The notes beneath the pieces were generated by a model. It was given only the letters and a program-made list of their open reading frames with translations. It had not been told where the DNA came from and ran no database searches. A DNA stretch of 64,000 bases from Camelus ferus (lineage: Eukaryota): NCBI RefSeq assembly GCF_009834535.1, contig NC_045696.1:40798001-40862000 (forward strand). The letters run 5' to 3'. A program made the translations under genes and the position numbers. Shown here piece by piece: positions 39,283 through 49,880 of the stretch (positions are counted from its first letter, which is position 1; each line of letters begins with the position of its first letter).

Positions 39283-40826
39283 TGCAACTTGCTTTTTCTA
39301 CTTAATATATGCTAGATATCTTTCTGTGTCATATACATAGTTTCACCTCATGCTATTTTATCTGCAACATGGTATCTCATCAGATAGATGTGCCACCCAA
39401 TGATGGACATGTAGGCTGACTCTAATTTTTTGCCATTACAAGCCGAACAATACATCAATGAGCATCCTTGTATATACTCTTGCTCAACTGTGCAAATATC
39501 TCTGTAAGACAAATTGTACAGAGAATGTTTCAAAGGACATGCATATTTTAGATGTTAATGAGTATTTCCAAATTCTTGTCCAAAAACATTGCACCAATCC
39601 ACTTCCATAGTGACATGTGAGAGTGCCACTGCCACTCTCTGTCTCTTAATTGGTTACCCCTTATCCTACAGAGATTTTTACAGGATTTGTATCCTTAGAC
39701 CTGGTCCATTTTCTGGACCACAGCCCTAATATAGCCCATTTCCACCCAACCTCTATCCCCAACAGACCCTCTTCCTGAGGGTTCTGCTCCTGCTGTGGCC
39801 ACTGTCATCTGGACCACCATCCACTTCTCTTGTCTCTCACAGCTCATCAGGCACTCAGTCTCTCATCATCTTTCTCACTTTCATCACTCTCCTACCAGCT
39901 CTGTGGCTAATATCCCAGTTTAGGATCTCCCTGCCCAATGGCTGACCTCCCTTTCTCTGATCTCTTCCACCTTCAATCCAACTTGAACTCAATTCCATGT
40001 TCATCTCTGTAAAAGTCTCCTTGGATCACAGTCTTCTTCTATTTGAGAACCTTCAATTGCTCTCCATTCCCAGCCAATTCCCGGCCAAGCTGTCTATCCC
40101 GTCACTGGCCTACTCTCCGAACCACCAACATCCCTGGTGCTTTTCTGCATTTGATCGTGTCAGTCCCTCCTGGAGGTTCCTTCCCGTATCTCTGTCTACC
40201 TGAATGCTATCTACCCAGGGAGTCATAAACATATCTGGGGAAAGAGCTTTCCAGATGGAGGGAACATGGGGGTTGCTGATTATGCAGAGCCTCACAGGAC
40301 ACTGTAAAGAAACAAAATTTAAGCATTATCATCATCTATGAATATAGGCTTTGTCTCTGCTCACAGATTTTCTCCAAATGCTTTATACAAATCAATAATT
40401 TAAAAAATAGCATTTTGTGGCAAGAAGAAATTATTCTGCTTCAGGCTAAAAATGATGACATAAGATTTTGCCTCTCCCAGGAAGGATTTCATTAAACAGA
40501 AGCAGAAACATCCAATTGAGTAACTGCACCTATTTGTGATAAATCAGGAGCCTGAAGTAATGTCCTCCTTCTTCATCTTTTGTGTGTCTTCATTAACTTC
40601 TTTTTTTTATTTAATACAAACATGACAATCATTCCTATTTCTGAAGACATGCTTCTGAAATCATGATAGAAAACTACTTGCCTATTTGATCTAACTTGAA
40701 TTCAGATTTCATATTTATTCATTACTAATTCATAGGGGTGTTGGGAGGATTAAATGGGTTAACAGAAGTGCTTAGAATAATGCCTGGCACACAGTAACTC
40801 TTCTACAAGTGTTTGTAGTAATAATG

Positions 40827-40828
<2 letters not shown>

Positions 40829-40868
<40 letters not shown>
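40829..40868. repeat. (AC)20 microsatellite
   Basis: Uninterrupted AC run. Confidence 0.95.
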
Positions 40869-40870
<2 letters not shown>

Positions 40871-43399
40871 TCCATTCATTTATTTACTCACACAGCAGAT
40901 TACAGGAATGTATCAAGTACTATGCCAGGCACTGGAAATATAAACATATATTAAGCTGGTCCCAAGGATAGCATGTCTAGCAGAGAAAACAAATGCAGAA
41001 GCATATAATTTTAAGGTATATTTAAGGGGAAGTGGAAGCAAAAGGCAGGGATGAATAATTCTGCTTAAGAGAGAGGGTTACAAAGAAAATGCTGCTCAAG
41101 CCATATGGCTAGGTGTAAGCAGCTGAAGGAAGTTAGTAGCAAGCAACAAAGCAGAGGAAATAAGTTTTAACAAAGACAACACGTCCCAGAGCAGCAGGGC
41201 ATATCTGGGGCCTGTAAATATAGAATGGCTGAAGCATATGTTACGAGGAAAGAAGGGAAAGTACCTGAGATTATGAGAGTATTGTATCCATGATAAGGAA
41301 TTTGGACATTCTTTATAGGGGATGATGAGCAATGGAAAGATTTTAAGCAGATTTCCATTTTAGAAATATGTAGCAAGAGGCACAAATTCAAATACCTCTG
41401 AGGACCAAGAAAGTAACAAATGTGTAAATTGGGGGCTGGTCTAAAGGGATGGGGAGTGGTGGAGAAGAGAAACTGAAAAGTGTATAAAGACATCCACGTG
41501 ATTGAAAATGACAAGAGAAGAAAAGCTGTGAAGTAAATCTAGTCTGAGAGCAGCCAGTTTGAACCCCTGGTACAGAGGCTGTGTTGACTTCTTGGGGAAG
41601 AGAGTGGAAGAAGGTGGATCTAATTAACGAATCCCTCCCTGTAAAACAAAATGAAGAGCAAAGGCAAGAGAGGAGCTGCAGCGGTGGTGAAAAAGGACCT
41701 GACCGGAAAAATACTCAGAGAGGAAAATACACGCAGGCCCTGGTGACCTATGGGAAAGAAGAAGGAAAGAAGCTCGACTACCTCCCAAGTTTCTGGCTTA
41801 GATGACTGGATATATAATAAAATCATTTACCTCTACAGAAATGGTACCATCTGGGGAGCAGGTAGACATATGAGTTTGGTTTTAGAAATAATTGAGTTTG
41901 GACTGTTTGTGGATCATCCAAGTGCAAGCTCCCAGTAGATGGCTAGATTTATAAATGCAAAGTATAAAAGGCCCGGGTTGAAAATACAGATCTAGGAGTT
42001 ATCAGGTTACAGGTGGGAATTAACAACAGAGAAGTAGTTGATACTGTCCAGAAAAAAAGGTGTGAGCAAAATTATAGAGAAGAAATTCTTTATCTAAGTT
42101 TTTAAAAAATCCTTCTATTTCTATGGTCATTTTCATATTCATTATATCCTAAGAGTTCTTTTTGTTTAATTTTTTATTCTTATGTGAATTTGGAATATGG
42201 AAATGAAAGTGATAAGCTGTGTAAGGCCTGAATATCCAAAGGCAAGAACCACTGAGAGCCATCTTAGAGGCTGGCTGCCACTTGAGGTGTTATTAAATCC
42301 TGCACATTCTTCATCATTCAGTCAGTCTTCCCCTGAGATTCCCGCCCATATAACCTCAGCTCTCCTCAAGCTCTACCCACTCTGAACTCGCAAAGGACTG
42401 ATAGCAGGCCCTCTGCCTGGGGACTGAGTCATACAGCATCTGGTACTCTTTAACTCTGAGAATGGCAACCATTTTTAAGTTCTTTTGTAGCCCCCACTAT
42501 ACCAAACACAGGACTGAAAGTGTAGATGGTGCCCCAAAGTTCTTGTTGAATACAAAAGACTGATTTTTGTGAGAGTTTCAGAATTTTAGACTTTCCCAGG
42601 AATTGTCCTTATCTTTCAAAGACGAATGTTCTCACAATGATCAAAATTACTTTAGTTATTTCTAACTTTAAAATCCCATCAGGACCTGCATTCCAAGCCT
42701 CTTTAAACTCCTAAAGCCTAACATTTAATTTAATGATGAACAAAACCAAGTTAATTCCCATGCACAGATGACAAGTGAACAGTTGGCAGCAATTTCAACA
42801 TCTGCTTTTAATTCATTTAAAAGTGTTGAGCAAACAGTGATAAAGAGCTGAAAACTATAATATTTCTCCATTATCCTTCGAGGAGGTGTCATTGCTAATT
42901 GAAGTTGACTCTTAGTAGGTTATATAGATGAAACCAAAGTAAACATTTGGATAGGGAATGACGCATTCTTGGGTTTAGGATGGTTACACTTTAATGTGGG
43001 AGCCTGTTTCACTCTTTCCTCATTCCAGATTTGCTCCTAAATGTTCTAGACAAAAGGCTCTTATTAGGGTTGAGTCACTGCTGGTTGGAAAAGGGGGTAG
43101 TAAACAACATGTTGGCTGGAAATAGCCTTCGTTTTAAAACAACTTCTTGCTTTTTGTGAGTTCACACACACACACAGAAGCTGTAAGCATTATCCTTAGA
43201 CAATGGCTGTGCTATTCTTTATGTATAATCTGTCTCAATTCACCTCCTACCTTGAACTTAACCTTCCTTTTAGGCATATGTCTTTTCAAATAGAATAGTT
43301 AGCAAGTAACCACCTAAGGTAATTGGATGGAATTACATGACATATGCTTTTAACAATATGCATAAAAAATACAGGTATGTGTTACAATTCGTATGAATG

Positions 43400-43650
43400 T
43401 GTTATTTACAGGCTGGCTTTGATCTTGGTCTCTCTTGAACTCTCAGTCTAGGGGAAGCCAGCCTCTATGTCAAAAGGACATTCAAGTAGCCCATGGAAAG
43501 GTTCATCTGGAGAGAACCACAGGCATCCTGCCAGCAGCCAACACCAACTCATCAGGCATGTGAGTAAGCCACCGTCGAAGTGGAACCTCCAGCTCCAGTG
43601 AAGCCTTCAGATAACTGCATGACTGCAACCCTGGCCAATGTCTTGACTAA
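43400..43650 (+). mobile_element. MLT1F/G-like LTR fragment
   Basis: ggggaagccagc...gccagcagccaacaccaac...catgtgagtaagccacc...gaagccttcagataactgca. Confidence 0.6.
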
Positions 43651-44339
43651 ATGGCAGGAATTTGAGTATTTTTTTAAAGCACAAAAATACTCAAAAAGTT
43701 ACACCCCTAAAAACTTGTAGCCAGCTAGAAAATGTTCTGTGGGCATAGTGTGATCCTTGTCATCTCAGGAAGTGAGGCATGTTGGGGAAAATGTAGACAA
43801 ACCAGATTCAGAGTAAGAGGAAAGACTTATGAGAAAACTCATCAAGCAGGCGTCCGCCCTAATTCAGCAGCCTGGAGATCCCAGTGTGGTGTTTTTCCTT
43901 TCAGAAGACAAGGCAAAGTACAGGGGAAAATGTGGATGACCTTGACCCAGAGCAAAAGAAAAAGGAGAAAGGGCTTATGAGCAAAAGACTCAACTACCAC
44001 GGAGATCTGCAGTAACTCAGCAGCCTAGATATCAACAAGCCAAACAAGCAAACACGGCAGAGAGTGAACCAGTGAAATGGTTCAAGGCAGAGGAACCAAA
44101 GGCACACCAAGTTTCTAGGACTTCACCTAACAGATACCCAGAATTACCACTGGAGGAAGAGGATGTCATCACGGTGAATATCATGATTTCAGAGTGAATA
44201 CTCAGTACAACATAGAATGTTTCAATGAGTAAGGAACAGATGATATAAATACTCCAGAAAATATCATCACTAAACAATTTCAATTGGAATCTTGTCCCCA
44301 GTGGGTTGCATATCAATATCACAGCGACCCGATTCAGGA

Positions 44340-44518
44340 ATGGCTATGTAATTTGTTGGGGGCCTAGTACAGAATGAAAATGAATGGCCTCCTGTTCCAC
44401 CATTACTAAGAATTTCAAGATGGGAAAAACAGAGCACCAAATGAAGTGCAGGGCCATTCTCAGCAATGGGGTCTTGTGCTGCTGCACAGGCTGCACGCCC
44501 ATGAAGCTGACTCTGGCC
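44340..44518. mobile_element. MER45A-like hAT-Tip100 MITE
   Basis: gcctagtacagaatgaaaatg...aagaatttcaagatgg...tgcacaggctgcacgcccatgaagctgactctg. Confidence 0.6.
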
Positions 44519-45224
44519 CAGTTAAAGAGAATGGAAGTCAGAAGTTTCAACTTTACTACTACAGAATGAAGAACTGCTTGAAAATGTCAAGTGATGTATT
44601 TTTAATAAAATAATCTTTTTACTACATGAAGTATAAAGCAGCCACTGGTTTAATTACATTCAAAATGAATTACAATTGAGGGTTAGAATCACCTTAACCA
44701 AGAAACAACTGCTTGTCATATCACTGACTTAATAGTTTGTTTTTTTCTGACTTAATAGTTTAAAAACTATTTTAGAAAAGCTTCTGAAAACTCACTGACA
44801 ACAACTGAAGGGACCCAGCAGAGGTCCTGAATATCACTGATGGTAATCTGACCTAGACTCATGCCTTTTATTCTTTTTGATAGCTGCCATCTAAACCCTC
44901 AAACCATGTTAAAAGGATATTTTCCCCACAGAAGGACTGAACATCATGCAGAGATCCTGGGCTTAGAAGTGGGTGCATTAATGTGGCTCTGCAGTATCTC
45001 TCCTTTGGGAAGAGAATGAACATGTGTTTGGCTGTAAATGAAAGAGCTGTGTTATGCTTTGTGCTTATTTAATCAAACAGTTTTAAAATTATGAAACATT
45101 TTAGATACCAAAGTATAAACTCTATAAAGAATACTGATCACCTATGTAGCCACTTCTCAGTTCTTAAGAAATAAAATATTAAAAATATAACTGAAGCCAT
45201 TTCCTCCCCACCCACAAATGTAAC

Positions 45225-45843
45225 TGTGAGAACTGCAGAACATAACAACTCTCTGGAAACCCCTGCACTAAGGAACTTGACCAAACTCTTGCATGGTTGT
45301 TAGCAACTTAAGGCTGTGCCCCTAGGATGATCCCACACCCACTGAACCCCATTAAAATGCCTCATTGAGAAAGCTCACTGGCTGCCAGGAGAATTTGCTG
45401 TTGATCTAGCCAACATCTGATGATAGGCTACTAACCTCTCTTGGATCATGTACTAGAAAGGGCTTACAGTTGTGAATATGTGTCTCTTACAACTTAGAAG
45501 TGTCCTTCTCAAGGACCTGAGAGCCATTCCTTTGAAATGTAATCATCAAGAAAGTCAGGGTCTCTGTCTCCCATTTCTGTGGGAGGAAAGAATTCTAACC
45601 TTGAAAACTGCCAGCTAGCATATTCAGCTGGCCTAATCACAATGACACTGACCAACGCTTTGTAATTTTTCACTTGTCTGACTCTAATGAGTCTGCTCTC
45701 CCTGCTCTCTCATCCTCCCTTTAAAACCCCTAATCACCTCTGCACAAAATCAGAATGGAGCTCAGCCCTTTCCCCTACTGTCAGTAGTTTCTGAATATAA
45801 TCTATTTTCACTACTTTAATGTCTGGCTGTGTTTATCTTGAGA
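45225..45843 (+). mobile_element. ERV1 solo LTR (MER31-like) about 0.8 kb upstream of the TBC1D23 CpG island
   Basis: aaggacctgagagccattcctttgaaatgtaatcatcaag...gtctcccatttctgtgggagg...ctcagccctttcccctactgtcagtag. Confidence 0.65.
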
Positions 45844-46704
45844 ACTGCCATTCTGATTTTTCTGTGTCATTCCTGTGCATTTTTTTAAAAAAAGCACAGA
45901 TGCATCTAATTAATAACAATATGTGCTACCTATTTTTAATGCCAAATATAAACGACAGCATATTTTACCTATCCTTCTGAAATCTGTTTTGTTCATTTAA
46001 CATCATATTTTCCAGATTTATCCATAGAATTACATGTGGCTCTACTTTGTCAGCATTGGTTCCAGGGCTTGCAAAAGCATTACGCTAGGTCCATCCTCCT
46101 GGGCCTGTACCCACTCCTAGGCACAGGGACAGTCAAGGGGAGAGAAAGGGCCGACCCTTTGGTGGTGGTGGTGTGGCCCGAGCTTGGATGTGGAAGCCAG
46201 GTGGCCACCCACGTGGAGTGAAGGGGAAGTACGGTGTAAAGAGAAGAAACGTGGCAGCTCTCCCTGCTTGGAACTCCAGAGTTCTAGAATTTTAAATTTG
46301 GACTTGATCTTCCACGTTGTTAAGAAGGTACGTTTATAAAGGTGGCAAGAACATATTTCCTCTACTGTTTAGCATTAAAAAAATTTTTTTTAAGTATTCA
46401 GACATAAAGTATGTGGCTTCCATTTGTACTTCTGGCCGCGCCCACAAATAGGGGTGGGCGTGCCTTTTCCTTGCATCCCACTCTTTCCTCAAATACAGTT
46501 ATTACTCTAGGAAATGACTCGACTATGGCTATCTCCCTACCTCCCCTCCTCCCTCCACTACTTAGGATTCTCAAATTTGACTTTAAGGCGACGCCGAGAT
46601 GCAACGAAGGCGCCAACTGGACGCCAAGAAAGGACGCTCCCACGGGCCTCTACTGGCACGCGCGCCCTCGCCAAGCCCCGCCCCCTGCGCCCGGCCGGCC
46701 CCGC

Positions 46705-46725
46705 GGCATCCTGGGACATGTAGTC
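46705..46725 (-). promoter_or_regulatory. ZNF143 (SBS)/THAP11-HCFC1 promoter motif
   Basis: Minus strand reads GACTACATGTCCCAGGATGCC, matching ACTACAnnTCCCAnnaTGC. Confidence 0.8.
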
Positions 46726-46944
46726 TTTGCAGGCGCCGCGGCTCACCAAGTCTCCTCCTCCAAGCGGCCTTCCGCCCCCGGGACGCCGTGAGGTTGCGTC
46801 CCTCCGGTGCCTGGCCTCTTCCCTCTTCCTTTCCCTCTTCAGAAGCTCCGTCCCAGACTTCCGAGGACCTTTTACGACATTGGGTCTGAGTCTGTCTCGG
46901 CTCCGGGTCCACTTTTCGGCAAAGTGACGTGGACGTCAATAGCA

Positions 46945-46998
46945 ATGGCGGAAGGAGAAGAGGTCCTGTCCTCTGCCAACGTCGAGCGGCGACGGCTG
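46945..46998 (+). CDS. TBC1D23: TBC1D23 first coding exon (apparent 1-nt insertion; see findings)
   Basis: gcaATGGCG Kozak context in a CpG island. Reads MAEGEEVL, then in the +1 frame PLPTSSGDGW, matching the recalled mammalian N-terminus MAEGEDV(P/L)PLPTSSGDGW. Donor TG|gtgagt at 46999. TMEM30C-TBC1D23 adjacency matches known mammalian synteny. Confidence 0.92.
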
Positions 46999-47788
46999 GT
47001 GAGTGAAAGCCCGCGTTGATTCGTATTGCCCCTCTCTTCTCCTTTGTGACCACCCTGCCCGTCCCCGAGGCACCGGCAGGCGCCGGCATGGAACGGGAAG
47101 ACCCGTCCTCGCAGCCCAGCGCCCTGCCCCGCCCCCTCTGCCTGCCCGGTCCCCTCTGCCGGCCCCGTCCTGCCCAAGGGGCTGAGGCCGGACTCCCGAG
47201 GGAGAGTGGTCTTGTCCAGGGGCTGGGCCTCGGTTTGGCCCTCCTGCTTCACCCGTCGGTTTCCAAAATGTGATGGGGAAGAGTGGCTTCACGTCTGGGT
47301 TTGGCCGGAGTCCCTGGCCCCAGGGACTCAGAGTAGGCTGGTTGGAAAGGAAGTTTCGCGGATGCAGATCTGAGGCACTGGAATACCATTTGCCGAAAAG
47401 ACTACTTGAAATTACTCCCGCGACCTTTGCCTGAGGGTTCGGAGATGAAAGATACACCCAGGGAGGATCCCTCCCACATAATCGAGATTTTTTTTTTTGG
47501 TACTAGGTTTTATTTCTCGTTTCACGTTCCAACAGTTTCCACCATTCGTCCCTTTCACACAAGTCGTCTTTTTCCTTCCTAGCATTTTCCTCACAGCTCG
47601 ATCTTCAGATGTAGGACATTGCTCTTGCTGCTCCCAAGCCCTTGTTTGCTTACCTGATTTATACTCGTGGTTGTGGGGGAGGACCTTCAGTGATTCTTTG
47701 GTAGACTTTAGTCACTCGATGTTAATCTTTGGGAAAGTCTTCTACTTTTGAAATAGTTGATCTTCACAATACACTTTTAGGGACGACA

Positions 47789-47827
47789 TCACACACACAC
47801 ACACACACACAGACACACACACACACA
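47789..47827. repeat. Imperfect (CA)n microsatellite in TBC1D23 intron 1
   Basis: CA run with one GA interruption. Confidence 0.9.
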
Positions 47828-48343
47828 AATGGAACTTTTAGAGGCTTGTCGAATTTTTACAATTGATATAAGTGTATTTACCACATGTATTAGACAGTTT
47901 TAGATTTGCTTGTTTAATCATATTATACATGTACAGCTCACTGGCACTCTGCCTAAAAATAATCCAGGACATTTTTAGACAGGGACATTAATTCTGGAGA
48001 AAGCAATGGAAATCGTTGAAAGTGATAGAAGATATGCTAATTGAGACATTCAACTCTCAGCAGATATCAGGCAAACCTTAGTGCATGCCGTCTCCAAGGT
48101 ATAGGAGGAAAACTTCGGTGACCTAGATGTAGTTTCTTTTCTCAGTTTGCTTATCTTGGGGTTGAGGGGTGTAACAGGTACACTCAATAAGCAGGTGAAA
48201 TTGCTCTGGTTCTTTGGGACAGTGAATAAAAATATATGAGAGTTCAGGCAGACAGAAACCATGTTCACTTGGAATCACTGGGTAAAGCTTCATGGAGGTG
48301 GAGGTGTTTGGATTAGGCCCTGAAGAATGAGTAGGATTTAGAA

Positions 48344-48640
48344 TAGGGCTCTCCAGTAGAAGTAGTGAGCCACATAATATAAAGTTTTCTAGTAGCTACA
48401 TTAAAAACTAAAAAGAAACAGGTGAAGTTAATTTTAATCATCTATTTTATTTAATCAAATATATCCAAAATTTTATTTCACCATGTAATCATTTAAAAAA
48501 ATACTTTTACATCTTTTTTGTACCGAATTTTCAAAATTCAATGTGTATTTTACACTTACTGTACATCTCAGTCCCGTCTAGCCGCGTTTCAGATGTTAAA
48601 TAGCCACCCGTGGTGGTGGCTAACATGTTGGATAGTGCAG
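48344..48640. mobile_element. MER33/MER3-like hAT-Charlie element
   Basis: ttttctagtagctacattaaaaa...aaacaggtgaagttaattttaat...aatagccacccgtggtggtggcta...ttggatagtgcag. Confidence 0.7.
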
Positions 48641-49713
48641 GGTCAGATTAACAGAGGAGAAAGGTCTCTGAATGAAATAGTAGCATGAGCGAGGACTAGA
48701 CAGGGAAACTAATGATTTGTTTGGTGGGTAATGACTAGAACTTCATGAAGTTTGCTGTTTCAGAAGGATGAATTTGTTGTGTGGTAAACTGGCTGTAATC
48801 AGCTGATTGAAGGCCATGAGGGGACGTATTTCTAGAGGTAAGCTGTCTTTGATGGTTGCAAGCATGTGTCTGGCTTACAGAAGCAAGAAACATGGAGTGA
48901 ATGATTGCTAGAAGTAGCATTTGTTCTCTTCTAGCGTTGAGGTATCTCTGGTGTGGCTTCCATTTTTGTTCTTTTTACTTTCATAAATGGGGAAACACCG
49001 AGTGTTCTATGATTTTTATTCTTGCTCCATTTTCTTCTGATCTTTCTCCTTTTTCTATGCTCACTGCACTCACTGGTCCCCTAGAAGGGAGTTTGAATAG
49101 AGTCAGAAAAGACTTGCAGATTTGGAGCCATGAGTTCAGTAAAGCCTATGTTCTTAGAGTGCTTGTTGGTTGGATTTTTGTAGAATGGAGAGGCTTTACA
49201 CTTAAAAAAAAATGCTGTGACATTTTTATTGTACTTTTTTTAGATAGAAAATTTTCTGAAATGTGTTATACATGTCATTGTCTAACCAAACTCATCTTAA
49301 TAATTTGGGGTCATTCAGTTTACAAATGTAAGTGTGTAAGAATAAAACTAGGTCCCTGTCCTCAAGGAATTTGTGGTCTAGTTAGAGAAGGCACACTTAA
49401 GAACATCAATTACTGTTATACTTTTGTAATACACTAAGACCTTTAGGGTCCATATAGGTAGATAGGGTAGATTGTTGCTATTTAAATGGTCCTTTATACC
49501 CATCCCTTTTTGAGATTGGTTTTTATTAGTTTTTCCTGTGTTTTTTCATTGTTGTGAGTAGTATCTCCCAGTTTGTTCTGGATCTGTGAAACTAGATAGT
49601 TGAACTTGTTAAAATTGTCTGTACATTTGTAAAAAGGCTCAGAATGGGGCCTGAAGATGTTAAAAGTATGATGTCACTTTTACTTATTTACTGTTTTTAG
49701 TTATGTTCTAGAT

Positions 49714-49880
49714 CAGGGTTTCTCAAAATTTAAATGTGCATTGGGATTACCTGGAGATCTTGTTAAAATGCAGATTCTGATTCAGTAGATTTGTTTGGGA
49801 CCTGAGAGTCTGTGTTTCTGACTGATCAGCTACTGGATGATGGCATTTGTGGTTCATGGACCACACTCTAGTTATCAAGA
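49714..49880. mobile_element. MER5B-like MITE
   Basis: cagggtttctcaaa...cttgttaaaatgcagattctgattcagtag...ggaccacact. Confidence 0.7.

Larger units (their letters stand above)
46560..47460. promoter_or_regulatory. CpG island / TBC1D23 promoter
   Basis: Abrupt GC- and CpG-rich segment around exon 1, with GC boxes (e.g. GCCCCGCCCC at 46675-46684). Confidence 0.92.

Noticed and set aside
46398..47457. Many overlapping 60-173 aa ORFs on both strands
   Set aside because: Expected from stop-codon depletion in a CpG island; only the TBC1D23 exon is supported.
48901..49437. 178-aa + strand ORF in TBC1D23 intron 1
   Set aside because: No recognisable domain, a composition typical of T-rich intronic DNA, and no convincing gene structure.
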